This document shows, in pieces, positions 46,747 to 60,300 of a stretch of 64,000 nucleotides of DNA; within the stretch, counting starts at the first letter, position 1; every line of letters begins with the position of its first letter. Under the pieces are notes generated by a model. That model did no database searches. It was not told where the DNA came from and was given only the letters and a program-made list of their open reading frames with translations. The stretch covers positions 21,328,995-21,392,994 of the forward strand of contig OZ037765.1 in assembly GCA_964035545.1 (NCBI GenBank). Reading direction: 5' to 3'. The DNA is from Bugula neritina (taxonomy: Eukaryota; Animalia; Bryozoa). The translations under genes were made by a program, and so were the position numbers.

Positions 46747-49663
46747 ACCCAAAGAAATTAAGAAATCAATTAACACTTCTCAATGGTTTGTGTAGACCTC
46801 TTAATTTAATTTCCAGTTACTTTGTTTTACACTCTCAATTCAGCATTCTGTATAAGGGGATGTATTTTTATTAGCAATAGAAAGCTGCATTGTGCTTTAC
46901 TACTTAATAACATTGAAAAGCTTATTCTTCAGGTAAGTATTGAAGCTTAAAGCTTTGCAGATGGTCAATAAATTTGGGCTCACTATACCCGTTGTAGCAA
47001 GTCATATAGCCATAGCAATTGGATTTTCAGGGTCAAGTTATTTGCCATTTAACTCCATTGATTGTATTTATGGCATCTAATGCAATGCCAAGCCCAATGC
47101 AACTCACTTTCAACTTTGTGTAAACTGCAAGTAGTAATGAGTCGAAATTGAGGAAATTGCTCATGAACTTTTAAAGGTGAATATCTCCCTACAGATTTGT
47201 AGAAAGTGTGTTGACCTTGTGGCATTTAGATGCTGGTTTAAGTTATAACTATGCTTATAGATGTACCATTACAGCGGTAACATCCAAAGCAGCTGTAGCC
47301 AGACTACAACAACAAATTATATTTGAGCATCAATGTTTCATACTCATAAAAAGTATATAATATTATAAAACAATTGCAGTTTCTACCATAAAAATATACA
47401 ATAGTTTTAGGATCACTAGCAAGGCTTACATTAAAATTCCACATAAACACATTGTACATATATTTTACATAGGCACGCACTGTTGCAGGAGCTTTTTGAT
47501 TGTTTGAGAAAAGCTTTTGTGAAAGCTTTTGCAATAGCTTTTTACTGGTAGTTTTTGTTTAATGAGTCGGTACAGCTCAATTTTCCTCTTGTTAAAGATG
47601 CAGGCAACTTAAACTTTATTGTCCAAATAATTGTAAGTATTATACTATCTTTTGTTTTTAACTTCATAAATTAAAAGTTCTGTCAGAAATATCTGTTTTG
47701 ATTAATGTTGATTTAACAAGATGCTTTTACGGTTATATGTTACAGTTTTGTAAGAAAAATAAACTGTTGGCATTAGGCAGAAGATTGAGTTGTGGCCTGC
47801 TTTTGTGTCCTCCATCCATTCATCCTGCATCTGTGTAACCAGCATACAACATCCGTGTTGACACAGTAACAATTACTTTGAGAGAGGCATCCGTGCCATT
47901 CAGCATCCATGCTTACATCACTTTCACCTATTGAGAAGGGTTTTAATACCTCTTGATCATTCTATTTGTGCAAAAAGTGCTAATATTATGTGTCTACTCT
48001 GACTATTGCTCTGGTTCGTGACACTTTATTTCCAGATTACTTGACGCTATAAAAAACGACATTAAACCAATGCCAGAAACTGCAATCCTGTGCCTATACT
48101 TAAAAGTCTGAGGTGCACCAGTAATTCAACTCTAGTATTTGGTGTCCAAATTTTTTAACACCCTCAACCAAGCCGCATTACAGACACAAGCATCTCAAGC
48201 ATTTTTTTAATGTGGAAGTTGGAAGTCACTCATGCTAAACCTAAAATTGAGCAATCACCAATGGCATCTACACATATGACAACGTAGAAAAAATATGCTT
48301 TATAAAGTTATCTCGTTTTTATGGATACTGTGTACTATTGCATTAGTATGATTACATAATAATAATAATAATACAGTATAATAATATTATTATACAGAGA
48401 GTTAGAATATACACAGAAGTTGTCTGTCTTCTGTTCGAAACTAAACCATCACACTGTTTTGCTATTTGTTGATTTTTAGTATAGTTGTTTAATTTTTAAA
48501 TTTAATAATAGCTTTATAAATTTAATAATTTTGTTTATTGCATTAAAAGGCCATAAATTTCAAATAGGTAATTCTCCGAATATGGGAGAAACAGCTTATT
48601 CCTATGCATATTGCTCGTTGTTTCCTGTAACTCAACATAACGGATAACTCTACGACAATTAGCACTAAAATTATTAATAATTTAATTTTATTCTAATACT
48701 AATGGTAATACTACAACTTTATATAAATATCGATAATGCTAGTATTGATATATTATATTTGCTATTGATGTAAATACTTAGAATTACCATCTTTTACTAG
48801 TACTAATACTAATTAGTAATTGTAGTCATCTGGGCTTATTTATTAACGCAGGCATTGATTATATTTATTATGAATATGACTTAGTCTTATTCAGTTATTG
48901 ACTAAAAGTCAAAGTAAAATGCAGTTGGAGCTGGACTTAGTGTTACTGTTAGTGTTGGACGTTAGTGTTAGTGTTACACTTACAGGTTGCCGTTAGTGTT
49001 AGAATAAGACTTGCTCTAACTCTTAGTCTTATTCTCAGTCTTGTAGTTGTTGATAGTCTTACTCTTAGTAGTTAGTACTTTAACTTACTCAATAACTTTG
49101 TACTTGTAGTTAAACTTACAGTTACACTTCCAGTGACGGGGTGAGTCTCACTGCCAGTGTAGCAACAAACAAGTAGCAGTGCCACTGTCAGTGTCTGTGT
49201 GAGTGTACTTCCACGATGTCTTTGTTTATGGTCAGCTCACTGGCACTCAGTTTTACACTGACACTGGTGACTCTACACCAGTGAAATTCAAACTCAAAGT
49301 AATGAAATATCAATGTGATATTATAGTTATGCTAAATCATGCAGAATGATTATGTTTATGTTCATTTATCAGGCTACATAGCCAGTTTAACATTAACTAT
49401 CACTATCAGGTTACATAGCCAGCAAAACACAGCTAATGCCATGCTAATAGTTATATATAAACATCAAGAGTGAAGAACTCATATTATTAATATCATTACA
49501 TTTACTCTGAAGTGATACCTTAATAGTAGTATTGAACTAAAACACTGTTGAATACACAATGATATTTATTTCATTACATTTTCACCATACTATCTGTTCG
49601 CATAAAGATGTAGACTGTAACTTTAATTTAAATGGGATAATCTTTTGTTTATATTAATATTTC

Positions 49664-50103
49664 GGTGTCATCCCACTTAGACGTTTCCCGCATGAACGCT
49701 TCCCACTTAGACGATATTTATAGATTTTAGTGTAATATATGTATTTTATGCTATTATTTAGCACATAATAGAAAGCAAAGAAGCCACCAGCAAGCCACTT
49801 AAAGTAAGAATGCTTCTATAAGACACCATCTTGCATAAGCCTTTAACTCAAAGGTAAAAAATAGACAAAATATAATAAGAAAAAGTTGTAATATAGCAGT
49901 ATGTGATATACCATGAAATGCATTTGTGCATTTTATTCTGTTATTCTGAATAAAATAAACTGTAGCTAAATTAGTATTGAGTTAAAGTAAATAGCTGGCT
50001 TGGTAGCTTATTTCATGTTTAGCAGTAAATGCAGCAGTTATATTTGTATATTACTATATATATTGTACCAAAATAAAAAAAATCGTCCAAGTGGGATGAA
50101 ACC
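49664..50103. mobile_element. MITE, 440 bp, 8-bp TSD
   Basis: TIRs GGTGTCATCCCACTTAGACG / CGTCCAAGTGGGATGAAACC; perfect TSD AATATTTC at 49656-49663 and 50104-50111; subterminal repeat CCCACTTAGACG. Confidence 0.85.
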
Positions 50104-51364
50104 AATATTTCATACCCCTGTGACTTAATTTTTCTACTTGATGCTATTTAATTTATTTTTGGTTTCACAGTTGATATTCATATTCTAAGATTCATATTAT
50201 AATTGTTCTGACAAATATAAAAAAACCAACCCTGCACCTTCTTTAATTCAACAGTGTTTAGCATAGTAGTGGAGTAGTACAGTTAGTCACTACAATTATC
50301 ACTCTGACTATAATATTATTATTATTAATTATATAAATATATCAATACGATAGTGACAATAGACAATACAAATACAAATAGATTAGTGAATATGCACCTG
50401 AGTGTATCTTATTCTAAATGTGTTAGCTCCTATAATAATGACCAAGTGTAACCTATGGCTATTGTTTAAGATAAAAATGATTGCCTCAAATAAAACTGAT
50501 ATTGCAAAGTGGCCATCTTTCTGGCTTGTGGGTGTCCAAAAGTTGAATCAAAGTGGTGATAATCATGATGACTATCAGTCAGAATGACACAATAACTGGA
50601 TTAAATCATTATAATGAGCTATATGGGAACTTCTAACAGTTATATCTTGAACCTTCAGTATGCATACATTTATGGCTGGCAACCTCACAGTTGGTAAAGG
50701 CCAAAGTACAGTGTTACAAAGTAATTAGAGCTTCTAGATTGAATAAAATTTTCAAGTTATGAGAGTTTAAAATTTGTTTACAATATACAATATACAATCT
50801 TGCATTTCATCAACAACGCTCAACTATATAAAACTTACTTTAACCTATTTTGCCTATTCATTTGACTATGTTTGCATATTATTGCTTAATTTTAGCATAA
50901 TCTTACAGAGCTCAGTAAGTTTTTAAAATGTGCTATTTAATAAGTGATCATTGCATTATGAATAGTGTAAAAGTAAATAATTAAATTATCACATTATAGT
51001 AATAATACCAGAAATGTAGTCTAGCTCTTATATTCACAAATAGTTTTAAAGGGTTAAAAGTATATTTTATTTATATAATCTGTTTGGACTTTTAACCTGC
51101 AGCATTTATAGTATTAAATTTACTATTTAGAGTTAGTATTTGATAACTAGGAGGAACAGCTCCTTAATTGAAATTGGGATTTGCATATTTAAAGCTTTTT
51201 CTAATTTTGTATTTGGAATATGGATGTATTTTTTCACTTTTTTAGTTGTGAAATGTGAATAAGTGTCCATTTAATTTTGTAGTGTTTGTTAAAAGTATGT
51301 ATATACTACGATATCATTTTATTTGCAGTTGTTCAGTTAATGTTGTTTTCTAATTGGATAAAAA

Positions 51365-54300
51365 ATGGATGATCAAAACACTGACTCTGACTCTCATTCT
51401 GTCACTTCTACTCTATCAGCATCAAGTGCAAGCAGCAAGCAAGTACGGGTTTAATTTTAGTGCTGTATTATTTTTTGAGCTGTATATTCAGCATTTCGTA
51501 ATTAGAACATTTAAGAAATTGTGAAATAGGACTTATAATTGTTTATTTTCTGCTGGCCATGTACTTTGTTTCAAAATTATGCTGTTAATATTTGCTTACA
51601 TGTATATTGTGCTAAGGTTCAATTGCTACCTCAACAATACAGAAAATGTAGGCAGTTTATAATAAGATTATATAATTATGTTTTTACTTAGGATAATTAT
51701 ATATGACAATGACCGTTGACTGCGATAGGTTCTAATTAAAAACTTATACAAATTATATGCTCGTGTAAATTAACAGAATTTTATTGTTGCTTAAAGTATT
51801 GGGTCTATATTGAGCTTGCTCTCTACTCTTTCTTTGTCTTTATTATTTGAAAGAAGTATGGAACCATGCATGCTAAGGATGCTTCTACCAGCTCCTCCAA
51901 ACCATTACCAACCAGCACTAAGCGGAAACCGGAAGATGAAGGCAAAGTAAATTCTACTCCGAAAAGAAAGAAGGGAGAAAGTGCTGATTCTGCTGGAACT
52001 GGTACTGTGACGCCAAATTCCAGCAGTGCCAGGAAAGTACGTATTTATAGTATATTATAGTATAGTATATTATGTAGATATGTAGCATAATTATTTTTTG
52101 TTAAAGCAAGTCTGAATAGTCATATGTATGCACTCACTCCACACTGGTGTGCGCACGAACACACATGCACACTCACGCACACACCATTACTTTCAATAAT
52201 TTTGTCTAGATGCCATGAAATGTCTATTGCTATCATGTTTTGTGAAAAAAATGAAACTTTATAACTCACTTTTTCACGCTTATAATAATTTGTTGAAATT
52301 ACAAAATCTACATCAAAACTAAGTTTTACCATCTTTTTTGAGCATTATTTCAAAATCCACACAAGTGTTCACAATGAAACCCGTTATATATATTTTATCA
52401 TGCTGCTAATTATTAATAGTTATTAGCTTTCTCACTACCTTGTGCTTGAACTTAATATCACACTAGAATCTAGAACATTTAGTCAGTTTTTCGTCATAAA
52501 ATTGCTGTTGAAATTCTTTTAAAATGTTTTCTGCAATTGTTGTTAAGGCAGCACCACTATCAGAGAGACAGCAAATGGCAATTGCTTTGGCGATGTCAGC
52601 ACAAGAGTCAGGGGGGTCATCTCCAGTTCACAACCCTTCCCCAAGTGCTAATGCACCAGATACTACGCCTCGCTCAGCCATGTTGAGGAAAGTGAACAGG
52701 AGAAATGAAAAGGGGGAATCCCCTCTCCATTTAGCCACCATCAGGGGAGATGTGGATGGAATGAAGAAGCTGCTGAAGGCTGGTGCAGGAGTCAATGTTC
52801 CTGATTATGCTGGTCAGTATAGGATTATTCAAATAACTGGAAGTGCGGGAAATTTTGTAGTACCTTGGAAGTCGCGATCTCTAATGTAGTTATGTATGAT
52901 AGTTGCCAGCCGTAGAGTGATGCTTTTGAAAATGTCATCTTTATAATATCCTATAATTATTAAAATATTTATGAATGATCCATATAGAGACAAATTATTT
53001 TATTTGTTTGCCTTTTTTTAATCTTTTATGGTTTGCATAATAATTTCTGCGCATTGAGTGTGCTGGGCAATTTTTACTAATCTGAGGCCTTCATTGCCAT
53101 ATATGCAGTGTGTGGCTGTAGAAAGACTGCTCTGTTAACTATGTGTGTGGGATTTTCTTTGTGTCAGGCTGGACAGCTCTACATGAGGCGTGTAACCATG
53201 GTTTTGTCAATGCCGCCAAGCTACTATTGAGAAAAGGAGCTAATGTGAACGCACAAGGGCTCGATAATGACACTCCATTGCATGATGCTGCCATTAATGG
53301 GCACCCTGAGGTAAGTTTCTACTATGTCAAGGTCATCAGTGGCCATTACCATTCGTTCATAAGTAAATATCTCTCAGCATGTGCCGTGTTCTATGTACTG
53401 CTTACTGCTTGTAGCTGGTGAGCCTGTTACTCAAATATGGAGCCAATGCCAACCAAGCCAACAGCAAAGGTCAAAGTCCGTTGGATGTTGCATTAAATGA
53501 TGACATCACTAAGCTGCTAAAAGGAGAGACTGTCTTCAGAATAGACAGCGATGAAAGTGACCAGTCAGCGTCTTCTCCCGAGGGCATGCTGTCAAAAGAA
53601 GAGGAGGCTAGCACGCCTACGCCGCTGCCTAACTTTGCCCAGTCAGCTTGCAAACCCAGAGAGACGGAATCCTCTCTCGACAACCCACAGCTGCCATCAG
53701 AAGATGCAAAGTCAGCAGAAGTGTCAAGTAGAAAGAGCGCTAGCAGTGCTGCTTTACAAGATACCACAGCTCTTCAATCTAGACCTTCTTCTACTGGCTT
53801 CAGTCAAGGTATGGTAAATTTCCTCTATTGGTGTGTAGCTCAGTTATGTTGTGGCTATGTTTGATAGTAGTTTATTTACACTTTGTACTGAAATAATTAA
53901 AATAGAGTTCATAAATTACATATTTGCTAGATGTTAAGCATAAATCTTTGATTCAATCAATGACTGCAATAGGCATAGTGTTACTTTGCTATCAGTTGTT
54001 GCCACAGTTACGTTAGATTTTGTTATTTTTATCCATATGTGTATACTATTGGGAGTTATTTATCTTCAAAAAATGAGAAAACAACTCCATCATAGATGTT
54101 AGAAGGTTAATGGCCGAACTATCTTAGTCATAACCTAAGTACTACGGTAGAGTTGTATACTCATGCCACTCAGAGCTGTTGATGTTGTATACCACTCTAT
54201 TTCAATATGCTATTGATTTGCAAAACTAATTTATCAACTTGGATTAAAAAAACAATTATAATGACAATATTGGTCAGTTTGAATTGGAAATAAATTTGAT

Positions 54301-57300
54301 TTGAATTCAGTCAATAAATTTTAATTTCACATTTGCTTATACTTGACTAGTGTAATACTCATCACCAGTATCGGTAGGCATAGAATTGGAAAGAGTAGTT
54401 GCCATAGTGATAGTAATGATATACTTTAGTTATTGTATAATTAATTTGCGTTTGTTGCCAGGTGGGTTTGTCTATGAATAGCTAGTGAACTATAAGAATA
54501 GCTGTTTGTAATAACATCCTGTGTAGCCAGAGTTTGTATTCAAACGTTGTTACTGTACTGAGGAAATTGGGAGAAGCCTGTGTTTTTATAAGTTATAAAT
54601 TTAGCAAAAGGAGTTATGTTCTCGTGAGAATTTCAACCAGCTTCAAACAGAAATTTAGTCAAAAAATTAAAGAGCTAGGGCTATTGAAACTTCTCCGCTA
54701 CTGCACCTAAATGATTGACAGTTGTTAAAAATAACTTAGAATTTAGGTTTTTCTCAAGCATACAGCTCTCGTACTGTGTAAGGTAGTAGCTCACATATTT
54801 TGTATATTTGTTACTGCCTGTCAGTTCTCAAGTCATCAAGTCTTGTTGTAGTTATGTTCTAAATTGTGGAAATAGCTGCTATTGCTTATAAATAGAAAAT
54901 TTACTTTCAAAGCTCTTGACTTTTTATTGTGAAAACGTTAACAAATGTGAAATGAGTTGTAGAGGTTGAACTTGCCAGAAACCTACATTTTTATAAAAAT
55001 GGGAAGAAAGTATTTTACTTGTAGAATATATACTGTGCAAGGATCCGTTTAGGACCAGTAGTTCTTCAATTTTCTTATTAATTTTGGTTTGGGGGGGGTT
55101 AAATTCTCGAGAGAACATAACTTCTTTTGCTACATTTCTAACCTCATCTTCTCCATTACTGCACCTACTTTACAAGGATTGGAGCGTCTATGTCATTATA
55201 ATCCCATTAGCCGTTATTTTAGACAAGGTCAGCCATTTGTATGATAACAAATCTTCTGTTGATTCACATTATTAGTTCTAATTATAATTCTGTAACCTGT
55301 TTACTACGTACTAAGTTGTCACCTGCACTCACAAGTAGCTTATTTTCCTTAAAGTCTTCACATTTTTCATATTGGTTTCAATATTTATGCCAGATAAGGT
55401 TATTTATTATACTTTATAGTTTATAGTCTCTAGCCACAATATAATCTCAGTATTCAGTCATAGCAACCTTTTCCACTTGCATCATATGCACATGTTTCAT
55501 AATATTATACATATACCAGCATGTGTAGCTGATAATTATCTATTTCATAAACCTCTCTCTCGCTTAGCCATGCGTTATGCCATTCCCTACAGCTAGCATG
55601 TGAATGAGTGTAAGGCAATATGTGGTTACAAAAGTATTATTGCGAAAAACCATATTTGTTTCTTTGTATACATATTTGCTAGTATGACTAATGAACTAGT
55701 TGTGATTTTGTCAGTTAAGCAAAATTTATTTCAAAATACGATATGATCTCTTTTCCAAACTTCTCAAGTAATTAAATAAGTTTAGTCTCTACTCTCTACC
55801 CACAAAAAGAGCTAAATTTTCGTTTGCAAAATATTTGAAAATACAGAAAATATTTTAGATTACTTATAAAGAAGTTATACTAAAATCATATTATTAATAA
55901 TTCTATTGATTTTATTCCACAAGTTTCATGCTATATCTGCAAGAGTAAACACTGGATGCTGGTTGTTGTAGACAAGCAGACTGGTTCTCGTATATTAAAA
56001 TTATTCAACTTACAAAATATAGTCCTGTAGTTTTTCTCTTTGCTCTTTTACAAGTTTTATATTTACAAAAGCTCAGCAGATTTAGTAAACTATAACCAGT
56101 ATTAGTGGTCTGTTTAGTGGAATGAGTTACAATTGGCTGAAAATTCTAGTCATATTTGTATTTGGATGTCATGAGCTTCTCTATTGGCAGCCTAGTCATG
56201 TATTTCTCCTACACAATATAATATATACTAATGGTAACATAGTTCACTCCATTCTATAGTCAAAAACTCCAATGTAACTCAAATACCAACACTATCAGTT
56301 GCATCATGTTGATATGCGATCAGCAGTTATTTGCTGTGGAAGTTGTTGTTTTTGTGAAAATTATATACATGGAAGATGGAGTTGCTGTCATAAAACAGAT
56401 AACCTCGTAACACTGCGGTTTGTGTTGCTGCAGCCTCCCGTTACTTGCAGATGCTATCTCTACAGTATACAGTATATGTTTTCATTATTAACTTATTGTG
56501 CAATTTTAGTAGATTTATCAACTTTCACTCGCAGCTAGTGAGTTCTTAGCTATCAGTACAGGCCTGCCTGCAAACTGATATTATTATTATAATATTGCGT
56601 ACTAAGCTTCTAACTATATATGAATAGCTTGCATTCGTAATAGTAGTGTGCTGTATAGTAATTAGCAGGTGAGAATAGTAAGAGCTGGTATTGCTGAGCT
56701 GCACAACTGCACTGTACACTGTACTACTGCACAACTGTACTACTACTGCACAACTGTGCTGTACACTGTACTACTACTCAGCTGTACTGTACACTGTACT
56801 TCTACATAACTGTACTATACACTGTACTACTACAAAACTGTACTGTACACTGTACTTCTACATAACTGTACTATACACTGTACTACTACAAAACTGTACT
56901 GTAATACTATTACTGCTGCTGCTGCTACTGTACACTGTGCTACTACTACACAGCTGTACTGTACACTGCGCTACTACTACACAGCTGTACTGTACGCTGT
57001 GCTACTACACAATTGTACTACTAGTACTACTACACAGCTGCACTACTAGTACTACTACACAGCTGCATGTTACTCATGTATCATAGTGCACTGGTGACCA
57101 GAGAAAAGTTGTTATTATGTATAATCATTATGAATATTGGTGGCTGTACACCCTACTGTTATATACATTAACTGCAAGGTGCTGGCACAACTGGCTCAAT
57201 ATGCAATAGTATTATTGTGTCTAGAAATATTTTATTGCTGGGCCAGTTTCAGTGTAACTATTTTATGTTTAGTTTGATGTAGTTATTTGCATAACCTAAC

Positions 57301-60300
57301 AAGATTGGTTCTCAGTATACCCTCATCAATATCTATACTTTGGTATCAGTCAGGGTGGAATACATCACCCTCGCATATGCGGACGTCTGCGCACATCTCT
57401 TGCCCTATCGTGATTCGATGGCATTCCATTGGTTTAACTAATGGAATGCCATCCGCGGGTCGCTAGTATAACAATGTGCTCATCCCGGCGTATGCTGTGA
57501 CTTTTCTGTACAGAGCAAGGTTAGCTCGTGAACTGCTTTATCGGGTGCTTAGCTTCTCCAGATCTTAGTAACAAAAGAAGAGGAAATTGCTGCTGTATTT
57601 AGGAGTAAAATATATATTACAATTAATCTAGTATGCCTTCTGTTTTGTAACCTATTCGTGCCGGTGACAGCTTGGTTTTTTGCCATGCTATAATCATAAA
57701 TAATATTTTGTTTTCTTAGTTTATGCTTTCTGTGCCTGTGAATATGTCGTGGATTACATTATTGTAATGGTGAACAAACGAAATAGATATAATTGTCTAT
57801 TCTGGCTGGTGATTGTGTTATTGAGGCTATCAAGTTTTATGGACCTGTAAATTATTTTGAATTAATTATTGTTTTTTAATTGTCATTTAACTTATTGATT
57901 ACTAAATTGCTGTAGCATATGGTGCTGGTTAAGTTCAGTTTTACTCAATGCCTCGGGCTCAGCTTATTGTACTACTACTTACAGCTACATGTAACTATCG
58001 CACATCTTAGCAGTGTAACTGGTAGTGCAGAGTTCGTAGCTAGTGCAGCTGTAGATAGGTGATGACTGAGGCATGAAGCTGTTGTGTACTAGTTTTCAAT
58101 CTGAATCAGCAAACTAAAACACCTTCACAATCATTCAAGATTTGATTGAAGGGTGCCAGTATTTCCTGAACATTTAATACGAGTATTATACTGCAGTAGA
58201 CTTATATTGTAGTTGACTGAGGTAATGATATTCAAATGAGAGTGAGGGCATTAAGTTAAGGCTGTAATCTAAAACTATAATATAGGCAAAGCAGGTTACA
58301 ATGAGTTGGGTAGCCATTACTTGTAGTCAGTTTCCAAATCAGTATTAATTTTATGGAGAGTGCCTTTTATCTTAATTTATTTGAACACATAAGATAACTG
58401 AAGCTCAGAAAGTCTCAATTTTAGGTTATACTATAGTTTTGTGTAATATAATAATAACAATATATATAAAATAAAGCATTTAAGACACTTGCAGCAGTGA
58501 AGTTCAGTTTTTACTGAGTTATTTTGGGGAGGGAAGAATTACTCAGGATTAGCCTTCCTTGGAAATTGTTTCAAAAAGTATATACATTTTTCTCAAAACA
58601 AGAGTTTTTTTTCAAAATTAAAATGCTTAACTAATATGTAAATGTAGGTTTGTAAAATTCTAAACACATGATTTTTTCAGAAATTTCAGTTAAAGCCTTT
58701 CATATTAAAAGCTAAAAGCTGTTATTGCAGCATTTATGTAAAGTTAAAAGCATTGCTGTTGTTATAAACTCTGCCAGTACTAACAGCTCTTGCATACCTG
58801 CACCTTTACTTTATGGTACAAACATTACCTGTTTCCTGGTATGGGTACAATTAACTTGGAAATCATGAATTTACAGTTTAGTTTGTTTAATGTAGCAGTT
58901 TATTAAATACATGTCGGGGAATCTTGGAATGGGCTGTAAATTGGAAAAGTTTCACATAGGCTGTGTTCTGTGAAACTTCTCTCATAGAAAAGAGTTATTC
59001 TCTCATGAAAATAACCAAGATCTGTCTGCCAGCTGCTGCCTGTCACTGCTCAGCCCTTGCAGCTGGAAACCACTTCACTCTTTGACTGCATATTATATAT
59101 CTTGTAGGAAGAGAGGGTTTTGCATCTGACCATGCTGTAAACAAGACAATAGAAAACAAGTCCTCAACAGGTGCAGCTTTCAACAGTTCATCGGTTAAGG
59201 ATTGGGATGCCAGTCGGGCAGCAGTTATAGCTAGAGATGAGTGCAAGGATGGCTATTCTAGTGACAGCACCATAACCAAACAGTCTGCTAATACCTCCAG
59301 TGTAGGAGTAAGTTGACTCATCTATTATTAACTGGCTGTCAGCACTTTTAGCTGCATACCACAGTAGGTCTACTAGGGGAGGAGGGGCTTCTGCACCCAG
59401 CCTTCATATGATCTGTGCATTAGCGATGATTAGAACTCAGTGGAATCTTTATTTTCAACTCTGGTGTGCTGCTATTCAAATGATGCTTCAATCACTGCAA
59501 TCAGAAACCAAGAAAATAACATCAGCCATTATATCAGACTTTCTATTAGTAACTAAATATACTCTTAATAAGTATTTCATGTCAGAACTTACTTTTATTC
59601 AACAGTGAGTTGAATGCTCTATAATAGTTCAACAGTGGCAGTAGTGTGAAACACAATTTTCATGAGAAAGCCATTCATCTTGGTTCCTTACTTTGAGTTC
59701 TGTTTCTCAATCTCATTATGATTAACTCACAGGCTACGATGATGGAAACTCAGCTAAAGTTGTCTCCGGAATCTTCCGGAAAATCAGCCCGGCAGTCACT
59801 GAATTTTAAACCAATGAGCGTCTCATTACCTGCTTCTGCTGACAGCACTACTCAGGCTGAGCCTTCACCAGCTTCAGTCACAAAGGAAGGCATATCTTCA
59901 ACCCCAGGTCTGCTATACGTTGCTGTGTGTCATTTCCTATTATTTTTAGAAATCTACTCGCGCTACATAAATATTTTAACTTACGCTTCCTGATACAGCT
60001 AGGGTCACTAAGTCTATGCTACAGCCTCTCAGGAATTGTGCTGAATAATTACTTTTTATGTTTGCAAAATTTGTTTTCTTGTGACTCACAAAAGCAGATC
60101 GTTATGTTGACAGAGTAGCTACAGCCTGGTTAGTATCATAGTCATAGTAGTTGAGTCTCAGTTGAGGTGACGGAAACATATAATTAATTGTTTTATTACT
60201 TTAGTAAATAACTTCAGGAATAACTAGTGAATGCATATATTACTACTAAGTTTGCTATGTTGCTATCAAACATGTGGGCTGTGATGAATTTAGTTGCCTA

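Noticed and set aside
56691-57086. 131-aa Cys/Thr/Tyr/Leu-rich ORF, or a CRISPR-like array
   Set aside because: Translation of a minisatellite; no unique spacers; eukaryotic intron.
57253-57669. Solo LTR (TGTAAC...GTGACA)
   Set aside because: No target-site duplication at these boundaries.
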